Source: Nemertoderma westbladi
Lineage: Eukaryota > Animalia > Xenacoelomorpha
Assembly: GCA_032718475.1 (NCBI GenBank)
Contig: JAUCBJ010005147.1
Coordinates: 1 to 37,169 of the forward strand
Direction of reading: 5' to 3'
DNA: 37,169 nt
The translations under genes were made by a program, and so were the position numbers. The first letter of the stretch is position 1. Every line of letters begins with the position of its first letter. The notes below the pieces were generated by a model. The model did not search any database. It had not been told where the DNA came from and saw only the letters and a program-made list of their open reading frames with translations. This document shows, piece after piece, positions 12,101 to 22,886 of the stretch.

Positions 12101-12468
12101 CAATTCATCAGGGTCATTGATCCAGATGATCCAATTGTCCGGGTCGCAATTGTCCTAAATCCACTTAGAAATAATGTCGCAATGCGATATAAAGCTGGAA
12201 AATACTGTATGTCGCCCTGGCGATTTGGTAGTGCGAAATTAATTCCACACAAATAAATAAAAATTTGTAAAAAAACTATGTTTTTTTCTAATTTTTCATT
12301 AAATTAATTGGGAAATATTATGAAATCAAGAAAACTAGTCGAAATTTATTGTTTTTGAAGCTTATGAAATACCTTTCATATAAAGCAAAAATTGCAAAAA
12401 AAACAGTTAGGGGGGTACACCATTTTGGTCCAAAATATGTCGAAATTATTTTTATGGTCTATTATAAT

Positions 12469-13416
12469 TAGGGGTGTGCCGGATATCCGGCCGTATTTTG
12501 TGAAAAAAATCAGGTTCCGGCTCCGGCCGGATTTCAATTTATTGACCGGATTTCAATTTCAAGGAATTGTTGACAAAATTTAAAATTAATGTAAATTTCA
12601 AAAAAAACATCAAAATTAATTTTCTTTTAAATTGAAACCAATTTAAACATAAACAAATACAATGCAATACAAAACAATTATTTTCATAGTTTGTATATAT
12701 CATATTCATTCATATCATAAATATGATAAAGACTAAAGCAGAACAGCTATCATTTTATGACTATCTACATACTGAGCACTTTTTGAGCTTTCGAGCTGAG
12801 CTGACTTTTTACCAAGAATATTTGTATTTGGCTGGGCTCAGCCTCACTAACACTAATAAATAATAAATAATACATGTATACCCGCCCATATACTAATCAT
12901 AACTAGTCAATAATTACTATATTGTCACAGCGCGCAAGCGTTGATGTTAGGTCTATCTAGCTAGGTTTGTTATAAATTGATATTAAGCTTACCAGCGTGA
13001 ATGACCAGTTTATATATTCGACAGGCAATTTAGAAACTCTTAGTAAATCCAATTTAACTCAGAGAGTATAAAAAAACTACAGCTACTGTATTTCTTCATT
13101 CTACTGTATTTTTCAAATTGCAATTTATTTATCAAATCAATCCATTATATCAAATATCAAATCGTCGCAGGTTATGGTACAAAAATATAAGTTTATCTCC
13201 ACGATCCGGAAGTAGACGAGAGCGGTTCTCATCAAATACATTACCAGCCTCTACAAATATTCGCGTGGAATAAATTGAAGATGCTGGTGATACTAAATAT
13301 GTACAAGTATTTGTAAATTAGGAAATGATTCCTTATTTGCAGCCCACTAACGTAAAAAGCTCTTCTCGTCCCGTTTAGTTGGGATAATTGACATACTTAT
13401 CTACTTCTGAATTCAT
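12469..13416 (-). mobile_element. 3' remnant of a hAT transposon: one terminus plus degenerate transposase C-terminus
   Basis: Terminus TAGGGGTGTGCCGGATATCCGG with CCGG subterminal repeats at 12469; minus strand 13150..13416 reads EVDKY..WAANKESFPNL / (frameshift) YLVSPASSIYSTRIFVEAGNVFDENRSRLLPDRGDKLIFLYHN, the hAT dimerisation-domain pattern. No partner terminus found; linking terminus and remnant is inferred. Confidence 0.75.
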
Positions 13417-13470
13417 AATATTAATAAAGTCAAATTCCTTATCATGATGACCTTGCTGATCATGATCCAC

Positions 13471-14528
13471 CAAGGATGTTTTACGTTACGTTACGTTACA
13501 TTACGGTATTACGTTACGTTACGGTTGAAAAACTGAACTTTTTACGTTACGATATTACATTATACGGAATAATTTCCCCATTACGTTACGTTACTGTATT
13601 CCGAAAAAAATAATTGCGTATTACCGAAAATACCGTAACGTAATAACCGGTTCAGATTGCCATAGGACCACAAAGAGATATTTAAAGTTTCATCATATTT
13701 TTGTCTGAAAATCGGAAAATTATAGTTTCAATGTTTTGAAATTGCAAATTAACTTAACCATAAAAATAACTTTAAATTCCCCGATTTATTGATCACTATT
13801 CAGCATTCCTGTGAAGAACCAAGACCCACGGTACCGGTACTAACGGTATTCCAGTTACTCCCTTAACTCCGGTATAAAACGTTATTATTATTTTCCATAT
13901 AATAAACTATGAATCTATTAATCTCGAAATTAACTCAGAAACTTTGGGAGTTGAAACTCAGGACGAGAATTATTGTGTTCTAGAACTCTGTATTTTAGTC
14001 GCCTTCAGATTGGTCAAATTTTAAGCGTTGCTGGAACTGTAAAATATTTATTTATCGAGACCTCAAACTATTATTTAGGTCATAGTTTAGAATACAGTAT
14101 GTAGTTTATGTTGTTTTTGTGATATTGTACTTGTTAAGTAGCCTATACTGAAGAAGTGCGATTAGAATTAGGTTTTGGCAATATTGATAGGGGGGCTTCA
14201 TCAAAAATAACCTGAGAAGCCAGGAAGCTGGCTATAAGAAGCCCGTGTACAGACATACAAAACTTATTAAAGCATTTAGCTTTATATTGAATTAGCTAGA
14301 ACGTGTAAGTGAAAGTGAAAGTTTTTGTCGAAAGATTTACTTTTTTGTCCGAAATGTTTGCTTGGTAGCCAAAACAAATATTACGTTATTACGTTACGGT
14401 TTACGGAAAAAATATACATTAAAATTACGTTACGGTTTTGAAAAAGCTATTACTTTACGGTTTACGTTACTACATTGAGCTACCGTATTCCCGAAAAGAT
14501 ACCGTAACGTAACGTAATAACATCCTTG
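13471..14528. mobile_element. Non-autonomous hAT element (1,058 bp)
   Basis: TIR CAAGGATGTT..TTACGTTACG / CGTAACGTAATAACATCCTTG; perfect 8-bp TSD TGATCCAC (13463..13470, 14529..14536); subterminal TTACG arrays. Confidence 0.9.
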
Positions 14529-15260
14529 TGATCCACCACGTTATCTATGGATACAGGACCTAACGCCCAAAGGACCAAATGACGTGGTACCCTCCCTCCC
14601 TCCAGTTCTGTTCATGCATAAAGGTACCATATAGCTGATGTATAGTGGTGATATATAAATAATCCGACTTTGGCCGGCTAATTATAATGCACCATTGAAT
14701 GGTGTTCCCAAATCTGAAAACCGCTACTTAATAGCTCTTTTACTTTTCAAGTTATAACAATTTCCATTCTGGGAATCCTATTGAAATTACTATTACTATG
14801 TATAATGAAAGGTCGATTATCTCCAAATTGTTGTGTTATTAAAAACTTCAGCTACCATTAAAAACACTAAACTATACTAAACAATTTAAAATCACAAATT
14901 AATTTCAATTTATTAACTCCTTAATACGGGAGCGGAGAAAAAAAATTGGGGAACAAAATATCAGAAAATACTTTACACAGCATTGTCCTGAATAAATACT
15001 ATAGGGTTGAAAATATTTAGGTATCAATAAGACCAAAAGTTGAGATTATTAGAGACTTTCAGAAACCATCTGTTCAACAGTCTCCCGCTAGAGGGTTACA
15101 TGTCTAAATATTATGAACGAACGAAAGCGCGCCAATAAGGCATTTAATTAAATATATAGTTGGTAACCAGTAAAATTTATATAAAACCAAATAAAATCGC
15201 ACATGAATAAAAATAAAATCAATATTAAAATTTAACATTAAAATGAGTTCCGGTAGGTTC

Positions 15261-17756
15261 CTATTTGGTGGCCCCCCACTGTGATAGGCTGAGAGAGTTC
15301 GAGGGACAATGTAGAAGGTGATAGGGGTCCTTGGCGGATGCGCTGCATAGAGTGCATACGCAGGTGTCTGTTGGGGTGTGAAAGTGCTTGGAGACACAGA
15401 TGCGGTGGTGGAAGCCGTGGACTGTGAATCTGGTAATCGCGTGTCTATTTTTGAAGCTGATTTTGGTCCAGTTTCTATTTGTCATGCCGAGTGAGTTCCA
15501 GAATGTGGTTGGTATTTCTTCCATCTTGCTTGCGATTTCGGATAGATAGGTTTGAAAGGCTGGTGTGTGTGTGAGATGTAATTCGTCTGCGAGCTCGATA
15601 CATAAATGTTTCTCGTTGCATAGCGCTAACACGAGGCGGTTGAGTGTCGATTTATGTAGACCTAGTGTCCTTTTTAGATAGGCTGCCTTTATTTTATCTA
15701 AGTTATGAAATTCTTTAACTTTGAGATGAGGCCATATAAGCTGGATACAATATGTCAGAACTGGGCGTATTTTAATTTTGAATAGTTGTATGGCCGTTTG
15801 TAAGGAAAGAAGAGTTGGATTTTTGATGCTATGAACTGATTTGATCGCTTTGCATGATACCCGGGAGATATGTTTTTGGAATGAAAGTGTCGGTTGGAAA
15901 GTTACCCCTAGATAAGTGTATGAGTTGACTATTGACATTTGCGTGTTATTGTAGTGAAATTTATCGTTAGAGGCCAGTCTGCCCCCTCTGCGGAATACGA
16001 TAATCTCGGATTTCTTTATATTTATTTCTAGACCATTTTCTTTGGCCCAGGAGGCGATGGCGTCCAGTCCCGATTGTAGAGCTTCTTTGGTGTCAGCGTA
16101 TATTAGAAGATCGTCAGCGTATAGTAATATGTATACCGCGGTGGCTAGCCTCTTTATCCATGCAATTATATCCAGGATGTACAGAATGAATAGAAATGGG
16201 CTTAATCCGTCTCCTTGTAGGACTCCTCGTATCTGTTTAATAGGGTCGGATGTTCGAAGGCCGTCTGTTATTTGTATAAGGTTTGGGGTAAGTATCCACT
16301 TTAAAAGTACAAGTATTTTTCCGCGTAGGTGAAAGGAATGTTGAAGTTTGCTAAGGAGGTTCGAGCGGGGGACAGAGTCGAACGCTTTCTTAAAATCAAT
16401 AAAACAAGCGTATACCGGTGTTCGATGTTTTGACAGGTTCGTCCAAACTTTGTTTATTAGTTGGCTGATAGCATGAGCGGTGGAACGCCCCGGCATAAAA
16501 CCGTACTGCTCGGGGGGGATTCTAGCATGCAGTTTCGATCGCAATCGTTTCTCAACGAGCCCTGTTAGGATTTTATATGCGTTGGCGAGCAGGGCGATGC
16601 CTCGGTAGTTATCCTCGGCGTCCCTTGATCCCTTACCCTTGTAGAGAACCTTCAGTATGCTAGTCTTCCACGCACTCACGGCTGTCCCACTATTGAGGCA
16701 TACGTTGAATAGGATGGTCCACAGATAGAGAGTGGCTGGCAATGCAGCTTTAAGAATTTCATATGGCAAGAAGTCCGGTCCACCCGACTTGCCATCGGGG
16801 CGTCGGAGAAACTCATGCCGAACTTCCTCCTCGGTGAAGTCCCTCGAAATATCATAATATTCCTGGTCTGCTCCGTCGTTAGATTGATCCAGGTTCGCTG
16901 TGGCGCGGTAGGTGGCGTCCGGGAGGTCTGTACCGCGGGTGGTGCGGTCCGGGTTCGCTGTGGCGTGGTGGGTGGCGTCCGGGAAGTCCGCACCCCATGT
17001 GGCGCAGTCCGGGTTCACTGTGGCGTGGTGGGTGGCGTCCGAGAGGTCCGTACCGCGGGTAGCACGATCCGGGTTCGCCGTGGCGCGGTGGGTGGCGTCC
17101 TGGAGGTCCGCTCCGCTTGTGGCGCGGTCCAGGCTCGCTGTGGTGCGGTGGGTAGCATCCGGGAGGTCCGTACTGCGGGTGACGCGATCAGGGTTCGCCG
17201 TGGCACGGTGGGTAGCGTCCGGGAGGTCTGTACCGCGGGTGGCGCAGTTCGGGTTCGCTGTGGCGTGGTGGGTGGCGTCCGGGAAGTCCGCACCCCGTGT
17301 GGCGCAGTCCGGGTTCGCTGTGGCGCGGTGGGTGGCGTTCGAGAGGTCCGTACCGCGGGTAGCGCGATCCGGGTTCGCCATGGCGCGGTGGGTGGCGTCC
17401 TGGGGGTCCGCACCGCTTGTGGCGTTGTCCGGGCTCGCTGTGGTGCAGTGGGTAGCAACCGGGAGGTCCGTACCGCGGGTGACGCAATCAGGGTTCGCTG
17501 TGGCGCGGTGGGTAGCGTCCGGGAGGTCTGCACCGCGGGTGGCACGGTCCGAGTTCACTGTGGCGCGATGGGTCGCATCCGGGAGGTCCGCGTTCGTTGT
17601 GGCGCCGTGGGTGGTGTCCGGGAATTCAGCACCGCGGGTGGCGCAGTCCGGATTCGCTGTGGCGCGGTGGGTGGCGTCCGGGTGGTCCGCACCGCAGGTG
17701 GCGCGGTGGGTGGCGTCCCGGATTTCCGCACCGCGGGTGGCGCAGTCCGGGTTCAC
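15261..17756 (-). CDS. Non-LTR reverse transcriptase with N-terminal 20-aa repeats and C-terminal CCHC-like knuckle; no endonuclease in this copy
   Basis: Motifs KSGGPD, NYRGIALL, QYGFMPGRST, FIDFKKAFDSV, GVLQGDGLSPFLF, YADD, YLGVTF, CTLC...HLLHCP. No stops or frameshifts. Clade (RTEX versus L2/Daphne-like) not resolvable by eye. Confidence 0.92.
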   Translation of the reverse strand: MNPDCATRGAEIRDATHRATCGADHPDATHRATANPDCATRGAEFPDTTHGATTNADLPDATHRATVNSDRATRGADLPDATHRATANPDCVTRGTDLPVATHCTTASPDNATSGADPQDATHRAMANPDRATRGTDLSNATHRATANPDCATRGADFPDATHHATANPNCATRGTDLPDATHRATANPDRVTRSTDLPDATHRTTASLDRATSGADLQDATHRATANPDRATRGTDLSDATHHATVNPDCATWGADFPDATHHATANPDRTTRGTDLPDATYRATANLDQSNDGADQEYYDISRDFTEEEVRHEFLRRPDGKSGGPDFLPYEILKAALPATLYLWTILFNVCLNSGTAVSAWKTSILKVLYKGKGSRDAEDNYRGIALLANAYKILTGLVEKRLRSKLHARIPPEQYGFMPGRSTAHAISQLINKVWTNLSKHRTPVYACFIDFKKAFDSVPRSNLLSKLQHSFHLRGKILVLLKWILTPNLIQITDGLRTSDPIKQIRGVLQGDGLSPFLFILYILDIIAWIKRLATAVYILLYADDLLIYADTKEALQSGLDAIASWAKENGLEINIKKSEIIVFRRGGRLASNDKFHYNNTQMSIVNSYTYLGVTFQPTLSFQKHISRVSCKAIKSVHSIKNPTLLSLQTAIQLFKIKIRPVLTYCIQLIWPHLKVKEFHNLDKIKAAYLKRTLGLHKSTLNRLVLALCNEKHLCIELADELHLTHTPAFQTYLSEIASKMEEIPTTFWNSLGMTNRNWTKISFKNRHAITRFTVHGFHHRICVSKHFHTPTDTCVCTLCSASAKDPYHLLHCPSNSLSLSQWGATK

Positions 17757-17817
17757 TGTGGCGCGGTGGGTGGCGTCCGGGAGGTCCGCATTGTCGGTAG
17801 CGCAGTCCAGATTCGCT
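16885..17817 (-). repeat. GC-rich coding minisatellite, 60-bp unit with 300-bp higher-order duplication
   Basis: Units such as NPDRATRGTDLPDATHRATA; 16921..17220 and 17221..17520 share unit-specific variants; shorter 39-bp units near the 5' end. Confidence 0.95.
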
Positions 17818-17830
17818 CTTAAATTTCGGC

Positions 17831-18682
17831 TATTAAATTTCCTACTATTTCTTTGCTTTGAGTCCGTTAAAGTTGAAATACTAGACCATTAGCTGTGTTA
17901 TTCAAAGGAGACAAATCCGTCTGCAGTTCTCTAGTCAGCCGCTAGAGGGCGAAATATCCCAAAGTGAAATCTTTGACCCATTCCATTATCTATGATCCGC
18001 TCAAGCTGAATCTTGAAATATATGTACCAAACCACCCATTCTGCCGCTAGAGGGCGCAATGCCTGAAGGTTAAAAATCTCTCCAATTTCCGTGACTTTTA
18101 TTCGTTTAAGCTGAATCTTGGATTATGTAGGCCTACTTACTAAACCACATGTTGCGTCTTTGTGAAGAAGGTGATTGGTCCAAAGTTCTCCAGTCTGTCG
18201 CTAGAGGGAGAAATATCCGAAAGTGAAAACCTTCCACCATTTCCTTGATTTTAACCCGTTAAAACTGAAACTTGGCATACACAGTAAGTCCGTGTTCTAG
18301 AAAACTGGCTGCTTCTTTGGGGACGATACTCCATCTACACTTATATTGTTTACTTCTAGAGGTCGAAATATCTGAAAGGGAAACCCTTCTCTCATGTCGT
18401 TATTTGTCATCGGTTCAAGCTGAAACTTGACAGATTTACATACTAGACCGTAGATCATCAACAGGCTGCGTATTTGTTGGGACAGTAATCCCGCGGCAGT
18501 TCTCCAGTCTACCGCTAGTGGGCTGAAATTAAAACATTTTATAAACATCTGAAATGAAAACCTTCAGTCCTTTCATATAAATTATTGTTTACAATCCTTT
18601 CTTCCTGATTAATACCATCATGACTGAAACAGAGAGGCATATATATATTCTAGACCTCAGACTTAATTTTTGAGAGGTCTAG
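17831..18682 (-). mobile_element. HINE-like repeat copy 2 (several ~100-150-bp units, terminal hairpin)
   Basis: Repeated GCTAGAGGG...AAGCTGAA(T/A)CTTG units; hairpin CTAGACCTC..GAGGTCTAG at 18650..18682; inverted relative to 11527..11889; continues at ~15060..15113 across the retrotransposon. Confidence 0.65.
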
Positions 18683-18959
18683 AGAGTAGCAGGACAATTT
18701 TTCCCCGAATATTGACCTTGGGGATATTAAATAACACATTTTATTTTTATAAATTGTTATATGCCTAATATAATATTATTATTGTTGTATGTTCTAGAAT
18801 AATAATTTTTCATAGTCGTGTAGTAGTAAACTGAAGGTTTTTATGGTACCATAAGTTTGACAACAACACTATTGGTTCAGCGACGGGGGTCAAAAAGGCG
18901 ACAGTGAGTAGTACCTTAGTTTAGTTATCTTAGGTTAATTAACCAGTTAATTTACCGAT

Positions 18960-19988
18960 TTAACATAGTTTATCTATTCGATTAATAAAAATATCTAAAG
19001 CAGTTAGCAAGAATTCTTCGTGTCCCATAGCAACGGATAAATCATGTGACGATGCTTTCCATTCATCCACCAGGGAGGCCACTGTAGCGGGTGATATCAT
19101 GGAGTAAGATTCTAGAATAGATACAACAGTTTTACTTTCTCGAACTAAAAGACTGTCCCGTAGATTTTCTATAACAGTCAGACATAATCGACGATCTGCG
19201 CCGTGAGTGACTGTATCGATGGATTCCAACTCCACTGATTGGCTAATTGCTCTCTCCAGATTACGGTAAAGATCCCGGCAGTTACTGACGAAGGAGTTAA
19301 ACATGAGGGTTACGGAAACACCGCGGAAGAACCTGTCCGAGCTGATAACCTCCAAATCGCGAGCGCAAATTAATTTCCAGAATCGATTAGCACTAGTCGT
19401 TGCCACGGAAACAACAATCTTCCGCAGCAACCTATTATAAACGGCTCCAGGAATAAATAGACTCGATGTATTATTTTGAAGATTTTTTATTTCAGAGTTC
19501 ATTTCCGCTAATTTCTTAAATACCGTATGCATATTGGAGTGAAAATAATAACCATCGCGTGAGGGTTGAAGATGTTGTATCGTGCGACAAGCTTCCGCTA
19601 AAACATCATCCGACGTAGAGGAAAACCCTTCAAAATATGAAGCTAAGTAAATCATGGGGTCTGTCGGCTGTACCTTTATTAGTTGAACTAACGCCTCACT
19701 CATTACCCCTTCCATATTAGAAGCTCGCCATCTATCTGTGTATGTCTTACAGCTGGTGATGGAATTTCCCTCGGATTTATTGCCTTCCGAAACCGCGTCG
19801 CTACCCCGACTACGGCTGCTGGTCAGACCAGACCGATTTGATTCGGCGGTCTGACTGCGAGACATATTCATCCGACGGACTGATAAACCGACAGTATTTG
19901 GTCGATAAGTCGACCCAAATCCAGGGAAACTGGAGGAGTTGTTGCCGTTATCAGCTAAAGGATCCTTCCAGACCAAACTATTTTCCAT
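18960..19988 (-). CDS. TPGS1: Tubulin polyglutamylase complex subunit 1 homologue, intronless
   Basis: RIIa/Dpy-30-like segment EALVQLIKVQPTDPMIYLASYFE; G..Y..LLRKI, ICARDLE (cf. VQCRDHE), ADRRLCLTV (cf. ADRRVGQAV), M.HEEFL..A..IFI.RI at the C-terminus, colinear with recalled vertebrate TPGS1. Confidence 0.85.
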   Translation of the reverse strand: MENSLVWKDPLADNGNNSSSFPGFGSTYRPNTVGLSVRRMNMSRSQTAESNRSGLTSSRSRGSDAVSEGNKSEGNSITSCKTYTDRWRASNMEGVMSEALVQLIKVQPTDPMIYLASYFEGFSSTSDDVLAEACRTIQHLQPSRDGYYFHSNMHTVFKKLAEMNSEIKNLQNNTSSLFIPGAVYNRLLRKIVVSVATTSANRFWKLICARDLEVISSDRFFRGVSVTLMFNSFVSNCRDLYRNLERAISQSVELESIDTVTHGADRRLCLTVIENLRDSLLVRESKTVVSILESYSMISPATVASLVDEWKASSHDLSVAMGHEEFLLTALDIFINRIDKLC

Positions 19989-20584
19989 TTGTTGCTGATA
20001 TAGTCTACAGAGAACTCAAAGTCTCACTTCTAGAACGCATTTCAATCCGAAATATAGAACAAAACTTGTTGATGCCGGAAATTATTTTTAGCTCACAATG
20101 TTTATTCAAACTTCCTAATCAGAATACAATAAACATTAACTGGAGCAGTTAAGGACAGGGATATTGCATTCACTAAGTGGCTATATATATAAGTTGAGGA
20201 ATTGCTTTGAGTGAGCCAACATAAAGTTAGCTAAATAGCTCTGAATAATGAGCCATTGTTGCTAGACGCGAATTGGATGAGCCAATTCTACTAATACTGC
20301 TCAATTGCAGTTACAAACAATACATTAATAATTGTTAAATTAACGTGGTAATTTATATAGATGGGAGGAGGTTTGGATTTTGGAGAAATGTCAAGCATTA
20401 ATTATTATGATGTTGTCCCTGTGATTAATGCACTATACTACACCTTGTCCTGGAATATAGTGTCATATTCAGGTACCTGCCGCATAGGACCGGATCTACT
20501 CAACGCTAGTACACAATGTGTACATGTCTTTAGGGCAGTTGTTTTTAAAATTCATTTTATATTATTGCAATGTTAGAACTACGT

Positions 20585-21027
20585 ATTCGCTTGGTCTAGT
20601 GGTGACATTTATGGGCATCCAATTAGGAGGCCACGGTTCGAACCCTAGATGTGGCAGCAATGTTTGTGCACAATGCCTAAAATGCTAGCCCAACCCAGGT
20701 TTTGATCCTCGACCATAGTCAATAAAAGGGATAACTTGGGAAATAGAGTGGAAGGGTTTACTGTGGAAGATCACCGATGGTGGCAATCAGGCATTCCTTT
20801 CGGAAACAGAGTGGAAGGGTTTACTGTGGAAGATCAGCCGATGGTGGCGATCAGGCATTCCTTTAGGAAACAGAGTGGAAGGGTTTACTGTGGAAGATCA
20901 CCGATGGTGGCAATCAGGCATTCCTTTGGGAAAAAGAGTGGAAGGGTTTACTGTGGAAGATCACCGATGGTGGCAATCAGGCATTCCTTTGGGAAAAAGA
21001 GTGGAAGGGTTTACTGGAAGGGTTTCC
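20585..21027 (+). mobile_element. tRNA-derived SINE family B, copy 1, with internal tandem amplification
   Basis: A box TGGTCTAGTGG (~20592), B box GGTTCGAACCC (~20636); body homologous to the reverse complement of 24410..24658. Confidence 0.78.
20736..21027 (+). repeat. 63-bp minisatellite, about 4.4 copies
   Basis: Unit TTGGGAAAxAGAGTGGAAGGGTTTACTGTGGAAGATCACCGATGGTGGCAATCAGGCATTCCT, head-to-tail with no spacers. Confidence 0.95.
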
Positions 21028-21975
21028 TCCTGGTCTGTAACTTCATATAATTATTCACACTTGGCCTCGTCGTTTCTGTCTGTATGCCTATTAGTCTGTT
21101 CGTCAAAATATAACCAACAGCCAAACAAACAATTTGTAAGTCGTCAAATATTAAAACGGACACTCGAAATGAATTCTGTGACCAGGAAAAGCCCTATAGC
21201 TAACTGGATGGTGTGCCCTTTCCTTATATTTGACGGACAGATTGTCGGATAGTCAGATAGATCGACAGACAGGCATAGAGTACAGATTAAATCGATTTCA
21301 TTAAAAGTGAAAATTGACCTCAGAAATGAAATCAGCGACCAGGAAAACCCGTACAGCAAAAATATTAGGATGGTTTTGTGTTTTCTTGTTGCTATATAGA
21401 TATTGACAGATATTCGAATTCCAAATTAACAGACAGTTTGCGCGCGGGAAGGTTTAAACTTTAAAGGCAATTATTTCGGAATGGCATTTCATTGGTATCA
21501 ATTGGTATCATTGGTATCAAATGAAAGCTAATAGTGAGCAAATAATAATAATAAAATTCGAGCATTTTTTTTTAGTTTTACAAATAAAATTGTTCATCCG
21601 TTATAACTAGTTTTACAAAAAACAGTGCTATTTTTGAATTTTTTTGATAATTGTAGTATTTTCCTTGAGAAGTACGAAACAAAAAGTTTGCTCGAATTTC
21701 ATCACGTAATCCTTGAGAATTAAAAAAAAAACTTACAACTTCTGAAAATAAAGCATAAAAAGGAGTAGCATTTTAAATCAAAAATATATATATTGGGCTC
21801 TGGCCACTAAAGAATTCATTTTCAAAAATGAATTTTTTTCGGAAAATATTCCAATTCAATAGTACATCCAAAATGTATCTTACACTTTTTTCTACTTATT
21901 AGCTTTTTGGAGCAGTATGCATTTCAAAATGTTGATTTCCAAGCCACCCCGCCCCATAAAAGGCGCACAACTAAC

Positions 21976-22136
21976 CACTTGCGATTTTCTTCTAGATGTC
22001 AACCACGGACCACTTGTAATACCTCCTTTGGTTGTTTGTCTGGTAGAGCGTATCATAGCAACGCGATAATCATCCATGTACTTGGAATTGTTTCGCAGTA
22101 AGTTACTAATTATAATCAGTAACCCTTCCACCAAAC
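21976..22136 (-). CDS. BRIP1: FANCJ/BRIP1-like helicase, internal exon C
   Basis: Acceptor tttatttacggtag, donor GTG|gttagt; encodes LVEGLLIIISNLLRNNSKYMDDYRVAMIRS (cf. FANCJ [29 protein letters not shown]); phase compatible with exon B. Confidence 0.8.
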
Positions 22137-22206
22137 CTACCGTAAATAAATAAAAACAACTGCAATCAAAGTCCTCCCAGCCAGGGGAAATGGACGAAAA
22201 TAACAA

Positions 22207-22275
22207 CTGAGTAAATATTGGACCGGGAAACCCCTGCCGGGGGGGCAGCGGTTTCCCGGTCCAATATTTACTCAG
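22207..22275. repeat. Near-perfect 69-bp palindrome/hairpin in a FANCJ intron
   Basis: 26-bp perfect arms CTGAGTAAATATTGGACCGGGAAACC, one mismatch, 5 further pairs, GGGGG loop. Confidence 0.92.
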
Positions 22276-22699
22276 CACCCTTACGTTACGAACTTAAAGG
22301 ATGGCCACCAAAAATTAACTGTAACCTGCTCCTTTCCATTAATTGCCAATTCGCATTGTTGATTCACCGAAACGAGATAACATATTACTTCATCGAAATG
22401 GTATTTGCGTGAAATTTCTCCCACTCTCATTTCGTCATGCTGTCTGCCCTTTTTAATGGAAAAAGTGAAAGGATTTCCGTTGTCTATCTTTCCGATCCAT
22501 ATTTTCGAAAACAGTTATAAAGAAACCATGACCTACTACTACAGTTAGGTACATAATACTTTACATAAGGATATAAATAAATGATTTTATCTGGGTCAGG
22601 TCATGAAGAATTGTATATTTTAGAGGAAGAAAAATGCCAAATATATTTTTACTATTTCGACATTCAATAACAAATATAATCGTTGTAAACTAAACTAAC

Positions 22700-22886
22700 T
22701 CAATGTGACAGACTTCAGTCGACAGACGTATTCTGCGTTCTCCTCTGAATCGTATGAGGATTCCACGACCTTGGCGAGAGCGGCCTGGTACAAGTTCCTT
22801 ACTTCCGTAGTAAAACCCAAGTCTCGGTAAATAGCTTGAGAGAGCTGATTCCCTTGGAGCACATAGCTGCTCTGATCATAGGATAT
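22700..22886 (-). CDS. BRIP1: FANCJ/BRIP1-like helicase, internal exon B
   Basis: Acceptor tttattgtag, donor A|gttagt; 187-bp open frame ISYDQSSYVLQGNQLSQAIYRDLGFTT...RLKSVTL (cf. DYESACKIWSGNEM...MGITT). Confidence 0.75.

Larger units (their letters stand above)
15114..17830 (-). mobile_element. 5'-truncated non-LTR retrotransposon inserted in the HINE-like repeat
   Basis: Intact RT ORF, AT-rich 3' UTR ending in a short (TTCG)n-like tail at ~15115-15125; host repeat appears interrupted at ~15113 and resumes at ~17831. Boundaries approximate; TSD not convincing (possibly TATTA). Confidence 0.8.

Noticed and set aside
17757-17888. Further N-terminal extension of the RT ORF as evidence of a naturally EN-less element
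   Set aside because: Beyond ~17830 the sequence aligns with the host repeat, so ordinary 5' truncation explains the missing endonuclease in this copy.
16676-17892. Several long alternative-frame and antisense ORFs
   Set aside because: By-products of a GC-rich stop-poor minisatellite; only the frame joined to RT is supported.
20440-20540. Candidate next FANCJ exon (TALKTCTHCVLALSRSG)
   Set aside because: Lacks FWCLNP and TSGTLSP motifs and has no good acceptor.
20736-21027. CRISPR-like regular repeats
   Set aside because: Units are contiguous with no unique spacers, derive from a SINE segment, no cas genes, eukaryotic context.
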